Of a DNA stretch of 64,000 bases, positions 24,841 through 39,300 are shown in pieces (position 1 is the stretch's first letter; each line of letters opens with the position of its first letter). The position numbers and the translations under genes were made by a program. The notes below the pieces were generated by a model. That model was not told where the DNA came from, made no database searches, and saw nothing but the letters and a program-made list of their open reading frames with translations. Source of the stretch: Octopus vulgaris (lineage: Eukaryota); the NCBI GenBank assembly GCA_951406725.2, contig OX597814.1, forward strand, positions 51,150,001-51,214,000, read 5' to 3'.

Positions 24841-25966
24841 ATCAGCATCCTCATTTAGCGTCTGTTGTCCATGCTGGCATGTGTTGGATGGTTTGACCAA
24901 AGCTGGCAAGCTGGGGAGCTGCACCAGACTCCAGTCTGATTTGACATGGTTTCTATGGCTGGATGCCCTTCCAAACACCAACCACTTTATAGAGTGTGCT
25001 GGGTGCTTTTATGTGGCACTGCATGGGCACTTTTACATAACGCCGCATGGACGTTTTTACATGGTACCATGTGGATGCATTTATGTGGCACTGCCATGAG
25101 TGCTATACACCATCAGAAGGATCGGTTTTAACACTTCTGTGGAGTATTGTCTTCTTGAGTATGCCAAGGTGCCAGATATCTTGGTCCTTTGTCATTGCAT
25201 CTGAAAGGTTCAGCTTCCTGAGGTTGTTCTTCAGTACTTCGTCCTATGTCTTCCTGGGTCTCCCTCTTTCACGTGTTCCATCTACTTTGAGAGATTAGCA
25301 TTTCTTTATGGAGCTCTCAGCATCCATCTGCATCACATGACCAAACCAGCACAGTCCTCTCTCTTGCACACAGCAACCAATTCCTCTTATGCTTCTCTCT
25401 CAGAACACTAGCACTCTGTTGTACATGTACACTTACATTACACATCCGGCAGAACATACTAGCCTCATTCCTTTCCAACCTTCACATATTTTCTGCATTC
25501 AGGTACCACATCTCACTACCATGTAGAATTGCTGTCCGTATACATGCATCATACAGGCTTCCTTTCACTCAGAGAGGGAAACCTTTTGTGGCCATCAGAG
25601 GCAACAGCTCTCTGAATTTCCTCTATCCTATTCTTATTCTAGCTATCACACTCTCTGTGCAGCCATCTGCACTACTAATTTGGTCCCCTAGATAGCTGAA
25701 ATTACCTACTACCTCTGTTGAGTCACTATGGTATTTGAGAGAATCAATTTCTCAAGTCTCTAAAGTTTTTATGGATCCTGTGCATCTTCCTCCTACAAAA
25801 ACTATCTTCTCTAATAACCTTTTAATTAACCCACTGCACCTTTTGTGTATCCATAGCTTACACTGGGTACACTGTATGGAGTTCCTACCTACACCTTTCC
25901 TACAAATCGAACAGGGCCACCTACCTGAGGGTTGGGTATGTATTCAGCTCTCATGTGATATCTAGT
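24841..25966 (-). mobile_element. RTE LINE 3' fragment
   Basis: Minus-strand FSYLGDQI..VIARIRIG..FRELLPL..AILHGSE (RTE post-RT region) plus the shared 3'UTR/tail. Confidence 0.75.
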
Positions 25967-26333
25967 TAAGTGTACACACAAACACATACATAAACACACA
26001 CCCTCATAATAGGCTTCATTTCAGTTTCCATTTGCCAAATCCACTCACAAGGCACAATGGGACTGAACCCAAGACTACATTGTTGGGTAGCAAGCTTCTA
26101 AATCTCATGGCCACATCTCCACCTATACATACATACATACATATATATATATAATGTGTGTGTATGTAATGAAAGAATAGAATCTGGGCTTGAACTTGAT
26201 GTTCCTTCATATCATCTGTTACCTATGTTTCAGTATCGGGTGACACACGATATCACTATAGATGAAATCTTTCGATGCACCTCATAAGTGCAGCATGCAT
26301 AATCAATCTTCTTTAGATAGACAGTAATTACAT

Positions 26334-26680
26334 TAGAAATATTGAATTTCTAAATGTTTCAGAGAGACATAAGCAGTGGTGAGGTGATATAGTGGTCGTA
26401 TACTGTCAACTCAATGTGACAGACCCTTAAAGAATTACACCACCGCCGTTTAGCCCTAGGAAACATCGACGTCTCCTTTTGGCTTTGACACATTTTCTGT
26501 GTCCTTATATTTGCAAAGGGGAGGCAATCACCCCCACAAGCCAGGACAAGGCACCTGAAAACATATGTTTCTGAGTGTATTGCTCGTTGTCAGTTCAGGG
26601 TAGCCTGCCTCGCTCGCTGAGATGATCGCAACCTCTCTGCAAATATATCGTTGCTGAAATACAAGTGAGATACACAAGTT
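26334..26680 (-). mobile_element. Retrozyme/Penelope-pLTR-like repeat, copy 3
   Basis: Shares TAGAAATATT.AA..T.CTAA, TAGCCCTAGGAAACATC and CTGTGTCC blocks with copies 1 and 2. HHR-like CCUGAA-CUGACAA-..-GAAACAUAUGUU-UUCAGG at 26554-26599. Right boundary approximate. Confidence 0.6.
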
Positions 26681-27125
26681 TTTTTTATCCAGTTTGATTC
26701 AAGGTCATACTCTTGCATTAGCAATGTCTATATGACATACATAATTGTTTCACATTCACCCAAGTAAATCTGAAAATTTGTATCCAAGAAATACATTCTT
26801 AATGTATATAAAGAATGATTTGATAAAAGAGACAACATGAAATTTACAAAGAATTATTGAACTATAAAATCAGACCTTAGAGGGAGTTACTCCTTACAGA
26901 TGAGGTAACATGAAATATGTAAACAAGCTTGAAAGACGACTATTGTAATGCAAGCCATTACTGTATGGGAAAATGCATTTCCCTGATAATAATGATAGTA
27001 AAAGTGACATATGCTTCATAATCAAGATCTATAACAACTTATCTATAAAACTAAGCTATTGAGTCAACCAAGGATACTTTAAGCTGTCATTTGATTTGTT
27101 AGAATTAGTAATCAAGTTTCTGCAA

Positions 27126-27545
27126 GGCAGCAAGCTAGCAGAAATGTTAGCATGCCAGGCGAAATGCTTAGCGGTATTTTGTCTGCCATTACGTTCATAG
27201 TTCAAATTCCGCCGAGGTCGACTTTGCCTTTCATCCTTTCAGGTCGATAAATTAAGTACCAGTTACGCACTGGGGTCGATGTAATCGACTTAATCCCTTT
27301 GTCTGTCCTTGTTTGTCCTCTCTGTGTTTAGCCCTTTGTGGGTAGTAAAGAAATAGGTATTTCATTTGCTGTTACGTTCTGAGTTCAAATTCCGCCAAGG
27401 TCGACTTTGCCTTTCATCCTTTCGGGGTCGATAAATTAAGTACCAGTTATGCACTGGGATCGATGTAATCGACTTAATCCCTTTGTCTGTCCTTGTTTGT
27501 CCCCTCTATGTTTAGCCTCTTGTGGGCAATAAAGAAATAAGAAAT
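27126..27545 (+). mobile_element. SINE with internal ~180-bp tandem duplication
   Basis: Same family as 24604; the body GTTCAAATTCCGCC..TTGTGGG.A.TAAAGAAATA occurs twice. Confidence 0.85.
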
Positions 27546-29886
27546 AGTAACCAAGTCTCCTTCAACAATGACAGTATTCTTCTTCATTGTCATCATCATT
27601 GTTGTCACTGTTGCCATTGCTGCTGCTGCTGCCACTGTTGTTGTCATCATTGTTTTTATGTTTTCCTTTCCATTCTAGCATACTGGTTTGACAGGCCTCT
27701 TTGAAGCAGTATTATTGGGTCGAATATAGTTCCTGGCACCTAACATTCCATTATTATGACACAAAGTGATATGGTATACCCATTTAAAAACTGAGTTACT
27801 GTTAGATACTTTTTTTTAAAATATTTTACATTTGTATTTCCCTACTTGCATAGTTGAGATGACTCATGCAAATTTGGTTATTTTGCACTGTTAGAGTGAA
27901 ATATTTTACCAATAGCTGTTCTTCCTACTACAGACAAGTGTTCTAAAGAGGATTTAGCATCTATTTTCATCTATGCATATTGAGGTAACTATAATACTAT
28001 ATCATATCTAGAGTAGAAATAGAATGGCTTAGATATTAGATAACCAACTCTAAGGTTTTCACTTCCACTCCACTGCTTGAATTTTGCTCTATATTTGTGC
28101 AATAGATTTAATTGCACATGCCGCAGTTCAGCTAACTGTCAAAAACAGAATAGTTACAAAATCCTGTGGAAAAAAGTTTCCAAGATTATCTGATGTTTTA
28201 TCCAGATAGAAATTTGTGTCTGTTCCACTGAATGTCATGAAGTCAGAGTCATAACCTTTTAGCTTGACTTGAGGCATAGGGGCCATATGTTGTGGCAGAC
28301 ACAACCAAGAGAGAAGTGGGCTGGTCTACTACTGATAAATAGTGGACAGACGCAGCAAGCAGTGTCAGTCAGTGAGGTACGCCGTACGGGCCAGTCATGC
28401 AGATGACAAAGTTACGTCGTCATAATGTTGGACATATCAGTAGCACTACAGGTAAGCAATGTAGACTGGTACTGCTTGTGGCATTCTGAAGAGAAAAATA
28501 ATTCCGTATGGAAGAAGAAAAAATAATAATAATAAGTCCGTATGAAGGATTTAAGTCAGGTCGCTGTGGGTTAGTAGTGCTACTGGTAAACAATGTAGAC
28601 TGGTACTACCTGTGGCATTCTGAAGAATAAAAAAAAAATCTCAGAGTGGGGAGGTTGTTTATGGAGGACCAGCAGTCACCCATGCATACCAGCCCCTCCC
28701 CTCTCTATGCCACCAGTGTTATCCAAGGGAGAAGCAAAGGCCGAGATAGCTTGGCACCTGTGACATTGCAACTCATTTCTACAGCTGAGTGAACTGGAGC
28801 AATGTGAAAATAAAGTATCTTGCTTAAGAGCCCAATACACAGCCCAGTTCAGGAATCAAACTCACTACCTTATGATTGTGAGCCTGGTGCTCTAACCACT
28901 GAGCCATGCATTTTCACATAGTTGTATGATATATATGTTTATACATAAATAAGTGTCTCATGATGCATTGCTGACAGGACAATCCTAATATTGTGAAAGT
29001 GATCGAATCTTTGATAATATCTAAAATATATTCCTGCTAGTATATCAGTTTAGCAGCTTTTTACGTACATCTCTGTATTTTGGGAACTGATAAAAGTATA
29101 TATATCTGAATTAGATTTCAATAAAGTACACAAGTTGTTTGCAAAAACATAAAATGTTAAAACTGCTACAGATATAGCTATAAATGTTGAAACATTGATA
29201 TTTTCCCATTGCAATTCAAAAGGACATATTTTCAGATGAATTTTCTCATGCCAGCAAGGATTAGAAATATAAAACCAGTACTTTAAACATTACTTTTACT
29301 CACTTCTCTTCTGATATCTATGTGTGTGTGTGTGTGTGTGCATCACTAAAAATCAAGAACTACCCAATGGATTTCATTCAAATTTTACACATGCCTTACT
29401 TAGGGTCCATGCAGTGTTATGGGCCAAAAAGATTTTCAACATCTTGGAAGAAAGCAGCGAATGTATATGAAAACAAGGATGGAAAAAAACAGAGAAATGG
29501 TACACAAATACAAATAACAGGACATTAACAACAGGTGTCTTTCGACTAAGGACAAATTAAATTAAGCTGGCATGTGTGGAAGTAAAGCCTTATGGCAGGG
29601 ACATACGATTTGACGAGCACAGGGAGAAAGTTAGATGTTGCATAGATGATAGAAGAACCAAGTACTTATCTACGCACGCATGTGTGTGTGTGTGTATACA
29701 TTTACACTTCTTCAAAATCACTGTCAACAAATTATCCACTTGTTTTGCTCCCTTAAAGACTTATGTAATAAAAGATCTCTTACTCAAAAACCAAGTAATG
29801 GTTAATAACAGGAAAGGCATGCAGCTGTAAAACAATGCTTCAATAAATATAGTTGTCTAATTAATGTTATGGTAGAACATGCTAAA

Positions 29887-30275
29887 TCATCATCATCATT
29901 GTTTAACATCTGTTTCCATGCTGGCATGAGTTGGACAGTTTGACATGGAGCTGGCCAGCTGGGGAACTGTCCAAACTACAATTATCTGTTGTGATGTGGT
30001 TTCTACAGCTGGATACCCTTGCTAATGCCAACCACTTTACAGAGTGTGCTGGGTGTTTTTTATGCGCTACTGGCACAGGTGCACTTACGCAACACTGTCT
30101 TGAGTGCATTTTATGTGGCATCAGCACCTGCAAAGGACATGCCTGTATTTATGGATGACAGCAATTTTACTTAGCTTGATGTATCTTAAGTACAGCAAAT
30201 CACCACAACTCCTGGTCCTTTGTCATTTTCTCAGTGATGCCCAGCATCTAAAGATCCTTTCTCACCACTTCATCT
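29887..30275 (-). mobile_element. RTE 3'-tail fragment
   Basis: (CAT)n..TTTAACATCTGTTTCCATGCTGGCATG..TTTCTACAGCTGGAT shared end. Confidence 0.65.
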
Positions 30276-30809
30276 TTATGTTCTGAGTTCAGATTCCTCT
30301 GAGGTCGACTTTGCCTTTCATCCTTTTGGGGTCGATAAATTAAGTACCAGTTGCGTACTGGTGTTAATCTAATTGACTGGCTCTCTCCTCAACAATTTCG
30401 GGCCTTGTGCCTTGAGCAGAAAAAAAACAAAATTGTTACTCATTCTCAATATGTAAAATTTCAGTATTTTCACACGTCAATGAGGAGAATTTTCTCCTGA
30501 GACTGTTTCCACAGCCAAAGGTTTTCCTATGTCTGAGTATACATTAACATGTTAAATAAGAATGTACATGCATATATTTTTATTCTATGTTGCTTTGAGT
30601 CACTCTAGTTAATTAATCCCAGCTTGACCAAGCTTTGCACACGTCAGCAAATGTACTATTTGCTGTTCTTATATATAAGAACAATTGTTCTTATAGAGCT
30701 TTGAAAGATTGATTTGGTATTTGTATCATCATGAAGTTTAACAATCTAGAAACACATCCTACAATCGGATGATGTCATTCATAGCCTAATGTATTTTCAG
30801 GCAATTTGT

Positions 30810-31256
30810 CTATGACCAACTAGTGACCGAGACCTTTGGCAATATGGTGTGCTTGAGAAGACCTGTCAAATGCATCTTTTGAGTGTTGGGCCTTACAAAG
30901 GCAAGGTGGCTGATGCCGGTGGCACATGAAAAGCACCTTTCATGTGTTGGACCTCATGGAAGCAATGACGAATGACTGAGACCTTTGGCATTATGCCGTG
31001 CTTGAAAAGAAGAGCCATCAAGCCAAGTAAAATTATAGTTGTGACAGATACTGGTGTCACGCAAAATGACATTCATACTGGTGGCATGTAAAAGCACCCA
31101 TTACACTCTGGGAGTGGTTGGTATTATGAAGGGCATCCAGCCATAGAAACCATGCCAAATCAGATTGGAATCTGGTACAGCCCTGCAGCTTACCAGCCCT
31201 GGTCAAACCATCCAACCCATGCCAGCATGGACAACGGAGATTAAATGATGATGATA
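30810..31256 (+). mobile_element. RTE 3'-tail fragment (opposite orientation)
   Basis: GAGACCTTTGGC..GGGCATCCAGCCATAGAAACC..CCATGCCAGCATGGACAACGGAGATTAAATGATGATGA. Confidence 0.65.
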
Positions 31257-31454
31257 ATATCTATGAGAAGAATTTACTTCTGAGATTATTTCTGCAGTGA
31301 AAGAAATTATTTTTTTTACTACAGCATTGTAGAGTAGGTGTGAGAGGCCAGCTCTGGCTAGTTTGAACATAAAACAGGTGAACTATTTGGGCTAGATATA
31401 CCTGGTGTGTATGCTAAAGGGTTAACTTAGTTTTTGACATTGATGTACTTATAA

Positions 31455-33307
31455 GTGACAAAAAAAGCAGTGCTTGAATTTGAACAGTGCATAGCAGCCA
31501 ATCCTGACAGCAAGGTTTTCTGGAAATATGTGCATTCGAAGCAGAGACCTCACTCTCCAGTGGGCCCTCTTCGCAACCCTCACACAAACCAGATCACTGA
31601 CGACCCCAAGGAATGTGCAGAACTCATTGCCGAGTGCTATGCAAACATATTCACTGTTGAAAGTCAAAATGTACCATCTTCACCATCTCTAACAGCAAAT
31701 TCCATAACAACTATGGAATTTACACCTGCAATGCTGCGACGTCACCTTCAAAATAAGCGCAACTATGCTTCCCTGGTCTTGGTGGAGTTACATACCTGCT
31801 TCTCAAACGTGGCAGGTACTTCCTTTTACACCAGCTCTCTACTTTCTTCCAGTACTGTCTCAACAATGGTGCTACTCCGGAACAGTGGAAAACTGCCAGT
31901 GTCATTCCTCTGTTCAAGAAGGGCGACCGCACATCACCTGTCAACTATCGCCCAGTCCGTCTCACTAGCTGTATTGCAAAACTGATGGAATCGTGTGTCA
32001 GAGAAACACTTTGGAACTTCTGGAGCTCACACAGTCTCATCCGACCCTCACAATATGGATTTGTCCCTAACTCCAGCTGCAGTGATCAGCTTGTCGAGTT
32101 CCTTGAGGACATTACTCAGATCACTGACAGTGGCTCATGGGTGGATGTTGTCTACCTTGACTTTGCTAAGGCTTTCAACTCTGTGCCACACAAAAGGCTT
32201 ATGGTGAAACTCTCTGCAATGGGTGTGAGGGATGACCTTTTTAACTGGTTGAAATCCTTCATTCTCAACCGAAAGGAGGTAGTCACAGTTCTAGGACAGC
32301 ATTCTACACCATATGAGATGTCATCGGGTGTACCACAGGGATCTGTCCTTGGTCCCCTCTTGTTTGTGGCATACATTAATGACATAGATGCAAATTTAAA
32401 GAATGCCACAGTATTAAAATATGCAGACAACATCAAGCTGTACCTTGAAATCAAGAGGACAGATCCTGTTGTCTACAGCTCTTTCCTGCAATCAGACCTG
32501 GACACAATGCAGCAATGGATCACAGACTGGCAACTGAAACTGGCTGTGGACAAGTGTACCACCATGCATTTTGGGAGAAAAAACCCTGCGTCCACATACT
32601 CCCTCCACAACACTGATATCAAGAAATCCTCTTGCGAGCGTGACCTAGGCATCACTGTCAGCAGTGATTTGCGTTGGACAAAGCATATCTCTAAAATTGT
32701 CAAGAAGGCCGAGGGTGTCTTGGCATCACTCAGCAAGACTTTTGTTAGCCGCTCTCCAGCCATCTATTTAAAACTGTATACAGCTATGGTATGATCACAC
32801 TTGGAATTCGCATCATCAGTTTGGAACCCCTATCTTGCTCAGAACATTGACCTCCTGGAATCTGTTCAGAGACGTGCAACCAAACGCATACCCTCCATCA
32901 GACACCTACCATATTCTGAGCGCCTTGTTTCCCTGGGCATGGATTCACTGAAGCTCCGGCGTCTGGCGACGGACTTGGTAAACGCCCACAGAGTTGTCAA
33001 CCACCTCACCAATAACAACACTGAACACCTTTTTGATCTCCATGTGTCTAACACACGTGGACATGCCTACAAAGTCAGAAAACAACACAGCTCCCATGAC
33101 TTTCGGAAACATTTCTTCACACTCAGAGTTGCTGAAGCATGGAATAAACTGCCTGCGTCAGTTGTTGACTGCCATGACACTGCATCCTTTAAGGCCCTCA
33201 TGCTTTCCGAAATCCGTCGAAACTACACCTGATTATATATACACTTTCGATGAGTTGTAGTGCACCTGAGCACTGTACACAATGTTAATTATTATTATTA
33301 TTATTAT
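31455..33307 (+). mobile_element. 5'-truncated CR1-clade LINE (RT pseudogene)
   Basis: VIPLFKKG..NYRP, VDVVYLDFAKAFNSVPH, SGVPQGSVLGPLLF, YADN (YADD mutated), ERDLGI, TRGHAYK, HFFTLRVAEAWNKLP; frameshift ~31775, stop 32792; (ATT)n tail ~33287-33307. Confidence 0.92.
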
Positions 33308-33551
33308 AATAGGAGTAACATCAAATCTGCTGGCACAAGATGACTGTGGAATTTGAATGTTACTTAATTTGAAATGATAATTGAATTTCCTTAATATGAA
33401 AGATAGTTGCATGAACTTCTGATTATATAAATAATATTCATATGATTTTTAATATACAAATCATATAACTACGTATGAAAAAAATAACATTTTTTTGAAA
33501 TCTTCTGTTGTTAACTTTATCTATATTCTGTCTCTGTTTTATATTTTTCAG

Positions 33552-33637
33552 GGCTGTTAATATTCTTTAGTCTCTTAGGAACATTTTGCTATGCAAATCG
33601 AGGCTTTGATAGGCAGACACATCAACTTATTGCTCGG
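33552..33637 (+). CDS. RNFT2: RNFT-like coding exon 2
   Basis: TTTTTCAG acceptor; (G)LLIFFSLLGTFCYANRGFDRQTHQLIAR resembles the RNFT TF.YAN segment; donor GTGAGT; phase 1 to 0. Confidence 0.88.
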
Positions 33638-33691
33638 GTGAGTTTCTACTTGCTATCACAACAAAAAATCAAAAAAAAGAAAACTTTAAAT

Positions 33692-33948
33692 CAGAGGTTC
33701 TCAACTGGGGTCCATGGTAAATTTTTAGGGGCCATGAAAAAATTGTCCTTTGGACCAGTAAGGTTTATGTGCAATAAATTGGTTATACATCCATAACAAA
33801 ATATTTTAACAATTTTTATACAAGTCCTAATAATATTTAATTATAAAAAAATGATAGGACTTTTTAAACATTGAGCGACTATGGGGGTCCACCCAAGTAA
33901 GATAGGAATCAAAGGGGTCCATCGGTAAAAAATGTTTGAGAACCCCTG
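33692..33948. mobile_element. hAT (Charlie-like) MITE
   Basis: TIRs CAGAGGTTCTCAA / TTGAGAACCCCTG; 8-bp TSD CTTTAAAT / CTCTAAAT; GGGGTCCA subterminal repeats. Confidence 0.8.
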
Positions 33949-36374
33949 CTCTAAATAATCTTTGATGCTCTTTTCTTTTTCCATTTTGTAAACTTTTATA
34001 TTTTTACTCTTTCTGTAATACTATCTGCTCACCTAATGCAATATTTAATTATTTGAAGGAGATAAACACAAGTAATTGGAGTGGCCTTATTATATTACTG
34101 TCAATAATTTTACCAACCCTAACCTTATGAATAGCCAAATTGACTGTCAGCAAGATTTTAATTAAAAAGTAAAAAGGATAAAACTAAATATAGTAAAACT
34201 CTGCTGTTTCAGGTAGACTTCATAATTTTTTACTTATTTCTTTTATTAATGAGTGATAAACATGTAAGGATAACATTTCAAGATGTGTCAAACTTAATGC
34301 AACAGGATACTGAATATAAGTACTATAAACATTTCTATATAGCATCCAAACCTCGTTAGGATATATCTCTAGCTGTTCTAGCGTGTTGTCAAGGACTAGA
34401 TTTAATAAAAAGATATTGGAGTTTCAACACACACATACTTATGTTAATACCACTGCTACCACTTACTGAGCATAGTTTTCTGTTCTTTCCCAACTCTTAA
34501 CTATTGGATGCAGTCAAGATGAAACTGATATCAGTATGTTCTCCATTTTTCTTGGTGGTGCCAAGATGAATTAACAAAATTGTTTAAGCAATGGACAGAA
34601 TGCCTCATAGTATTTGTTCTGATTCCCTGCACTCTGAGTTCAAATCCTACCAAAGTCTACTTTGCCCTTTATCCTTTCAGTGTCAATGAAAATAATATAA
34701 GTCCAGTGCAGTGGATTGGTGGATCTAGGAAAGTTGGGTTGGATGTCTTGTGATATTTATTCGAGCTGTTTATGTTCTGAGTTCAAATCTTGCCATGGTC
34801 TACATAGGTGGTAGACTTAATCCATCGCTCAGTTTAACATCACTACATCGCTCCTTGGGTACCTTTAGTGGAAACATTTCTGCTACTAACATTTGGATTA
34901 GATTTTCAGTATAAGGATGCCCTCCTCCTAGCCTCCCACCAGTCTTGGAAGCTCTGTGAAGGGTTAAAGACACTGCCTTCCCTCTTTACTAAAAGATAAA
35001 AAATAAAACACAACTGTGATGTTTGATGCTTCAGGTCAAATTCAGTATTGGTTTTTCTAGTGTTATATGGAAATTAAATTTGACACTGTAAGTTAACCAA
35101 ACACTGTTATTGCTAACAGCTTATAATTTCTTTATACTTATATCATCAGTCCACCTGGAACAATCTTCTAGATGTTCTAGATGAGCACTGCACATCCACC
35201 ACAGACTGCAAATGTATTTTTATAATAATTCAGTTCTTGCAGTGTCACAATATAATCTGGTCATAATTGTCTTCAAATCTAATAATATACCTTTAGAAAT
35301 AAAGACTAAATCAAATTGGAGTCATAATATGTATAGAAATAGCCTAAAGTTTGTTTATACTTATGCCAGAGTAGGATTTTGACTAATATAGCACACTTTG
35401 TGTCAACAATCATCTGACATCACTGTTGTTTTACAGTTATATGGTGATAGACACAGTGTAACACCAATTATAAGATACAAACCATTAATCTTTGGTCAGA
35501 AGGTCAAACCTTATTGAGTCAGCTTGCTGTAATTCTTACAATATTTGAATAAAAAAAATATAAAATTAAAATCATCATCATCGTTTAGCGTCCGTTTTCC
35601 ATGCTAGCATGGGTTGGACAATGTATTTTAAATTTGTTGTTTTGAAAGGGAGATAAAGTCAATGAAAATTAGGTAAACTATTCCAAAACTGGTATTACTA
35701 ACCATGTGCAATTGGCTTGAAAAGTCATGAAAACATGTTTTCACAGACATTCATATGTCATAAATAAAGATTTCTCACTTTGACACCAAGATACATGTTT
35801 TTAGGGAAAGGATTCATTGAAATGAAATAAGCAAAGTATTGCCTGCAAATATTTTTTTGATGACAAGAGGAATGAAAAGCAAAGTTAAAATTTGAACTCA
35901 GAATACAGAAAGTTGAAACCAAACACGGTACAGCCTTATTGTCATATATAATGTCCTACACTTTATTGTCATAATATAATGTCCTACAAACTACTGAGAT
36001 TTCAGGGCATCAGCAAAGATGTTTGTGTAATGTTTCAAAGCATAATTATTGGAGTTGTTTTCTGTTACCTCTTTCTGTTTTATGGGAATATTTAATTTTA
36101 TTTCATTCATCTTTACTTTCCAAGTTCAAATTCCACTGAGATTGACTTTACCTTTCATTCTTTTGGGTTGATAAAATAAGTACCAGTTGAATACTGGGGT
36201 TGATGTAATCGACTTACTCCCTCCCCGAAGTTGCTGGCCTTGTGCCAAAATTTGAAACTAGTATTTCAGTTTATCTCTGCATGTTACTTAAATCAGTTAT
36301 ATAACCTCCTTATGGTGCCTCTGTACACTTAGGAAAACTGGACTATTAAGTTTTTGTTTTGAACACTATAATCA

Positions 36375-39300
36375 TCTTTATATATAAAAGTGAAGTTGTG
36401 TGTCCGTCTCCTACGATTTAGATTCCTAACTACTCCCACATTTTGCGGTGCAGTTTAACCCAAACCAGGTATCTTATAGTCGTGATCATATCGAGCCTTT
36501 CTGGGTATTAGCGCGCGTCTCCGATGAGTCTACGATTTAAAAAAAAATTTACCATCTTTTTTTCCTATTTTTAATGTATTTTTGACATATATAAGGGAAG
36601 TAACTCTCTAAAAATGCTTATATAGTTATTTCCCTTAGACAGTCTTAAATAGCTTAAACGTTTTCATACTGTTGTGTAGCGTTCCCAGTGTGAATTTGAA
36701 GCGTTCCCTGAAAAAAATCAACATATTTTGATGGATAAAAATAAATTAGAAGATTGAATTATTCTTTTCATCGAAAACGTTGAAAGGCTCAATCGTTCGT
36801 AAGTTATTATATTTTAACTTGTTCTTGACTCAACCGAATAAAAAACCAAGTATTTTTTATAAATGAATCAGCCGCTTAGGAAATGCCCCTGCTTAATTCA
36901 AATCAAATCAAAAATATAGAAATTTTGTTATAATGATTTGACTGAAAATTACAAGAATTGGTGTCTGACTGACTTTAAGATTTTATTGTTCAAATTCCTA
37001 CTATTCGTTACTCTCATTGCTGTTATGCCGAAAAGAAAAAGAACAGTTTTGACATTAACAAAGATGCAGCTCCAAAATAAAAGGCGGCTTAGAGCTGAAT
37101 CTTCCCTTCAAAGACAGTCACAGATTGCAGGGTGCTCTGCTGAAGTGAGGGCTGTGGCCATCGATGAGGGTTGTTTGAATAAAACAGATAGCAACAACGA
37201 TTTCAATGCACTTGCACATGCATTTGAAAGTTCTACCGATGTTTTACTTCCAGACATCGGTAATACTCCTTCCAGTTCACGTGCGTATAGTGTTGTGAGT
37301 GAACAAGAACATAAACAAAGGCTTGCAAAGAAAGCAAAGGCCAAAGCTACTGCTCGAGCTGCAGAGAGTGAAGTTGCGCGCTCACTTCGACAAAAGAAAG
37401 ATGCTGTGGCCAAATCAGCTGATCAGGCTTCAGAAAGTGAAATGCAGCGTCAGCTTTGACTGAATAGAAATGCTAAAGCAACTGCAAATGCAAGAGCTTC
37501 AGAGACGACAGATGAGCGCCTCAATAGACTGGGAGAAGTTATTCAATATCAAAGCAGAATACAGGGTATAAGTAGGGCATCTAAAACAAGATGGTCAATG
37601 AAGGCTTTTAATTATTACCCAAACAACAATTTTGCCTCGCATAAGGATTTTCAAATAGGCTCAATGAATAAATTATGTAGGTTTTGCAAAGCAAAAAAAT
37701 GGTGTAGGGAGCCAATAGGAATATGTTGCTCTAATGGTAAGGTAAATTTACCAGCTCTCCGCGATCCACCTCAGCCATTAAGACTTCTTCTTACAGGTAC
37801 TCATTCGCTATCAAGGGGGTTTCTTAAGAATATCCGATATTATAATTGCGCTTTTCAAATGACATCTTTCTGATTGGATTATCAACCAAAGGGCGTATTT
37901 ATGCCCACGATGAAAGTCCAGGGCCAGGTTTACCATTTTATTGGACCGTTGCAGCCTGATGCCAACAAACAGCCTCAATGTCTCCAGGTCTATTTCATGC
38001 CAGATGTTTTGCAGCAAGCTTCAAGGCGAAGTTCTTATGCCTTTCGAAATGAAGGTCAACAAAGCTCCTCTGCAGACAACCAGTGACCGAAAGAGTACAC
38101 AATAAAACTAGAGGAGAGACTTGGACTCATTCTCGAACTTCAAGACATGCTACATAATAATAACAGCTACGTTCAGAGCTTTAAATATGCATTAGAGGTA
38201 GCTCCTGCAGACAACTTCTATGTTGTCATTGATGCTGATCAGCGGCCGTCTGGAGAACATGCAGGACGCTACAACGCTCCTTCTGTTAATGAGGTTGCGA
38301 TTATTCTAGCAGGTGACCCGCACGGCACACATGATATTGTCCTCTCGCATCGTAAACAAGGTGTAAAGACTATATGTGATACACATAGGTCGTATGATGC
38401 ACTTCAGTATCCCTTGCTTTTTGTTTATGGTGAAGACGGATACCATTTCGACATTCAACAACGTAATCGTACTAATCCAGAGGTTCTTTCATCCAAAACA
38501 GTTTCATGTAAAGCTTTCTATTCATTTCGATTCATGATTAGAGATAACTGTTTTAATCATCTCCATCGTTCTCAAGACCTCTTCAACCAGTATGCGACTG
38601 ACATGTGTGCAAAAATGGAATCAGAAAGATTGTTATTCATTAAAAATAACCAGACTAAACTGCGATGTGAAAGTTACATACACCTACGTGATGGTATGAA
38701 CAATGATGTGGATCCTGAAAGTCTGGGTACAGTTAAAATTCTACCATCTACCTTTACTGGAGGCCCTTGTTATATGCACGAGAGGGCTCAGGATGCAATG
38801 ACATATGTTCGGAAATTCGGTAGGCCCGAGTTATTCATAACCTTTACTTGCAATCCTAAGTGGAAGGAAATTGAGGACGAACTTCTTCCTGGTCAGACAG
38901 TCACACACCGTTATGATCTCTCAGCGAGGGTATTTCATCTTAAGTTACTTAAGCTCATGGATCTTATCAAATTAGGTGAGGTCTTTGGTCCCGTTATAGC
39001 TGACGTGTATACAATTGAATGGCAAAAAAGAGGGCTTCCTCATGCTCATATTCTCATCTGGTTGGCAACGAAGGTCAATTCAAACGATATTGACAGCATA
39101 ATCTCGGCAGAGTTCCCTGATCCTTCAATCGATAAGGACTTGTACATGAAAGTTAAGGCTCATATGGTGCACGGTCTGTGTGGGCCTGGTTTAAGAACTG
39201 ATTTACCATGCGTTTCAGGCAATAAGAGATGTACCAAAAAATTTCCATGCCCTTTCGTCCGTGAAACTCAGACTGACACTGACGGCTACCCTTTGTACAG

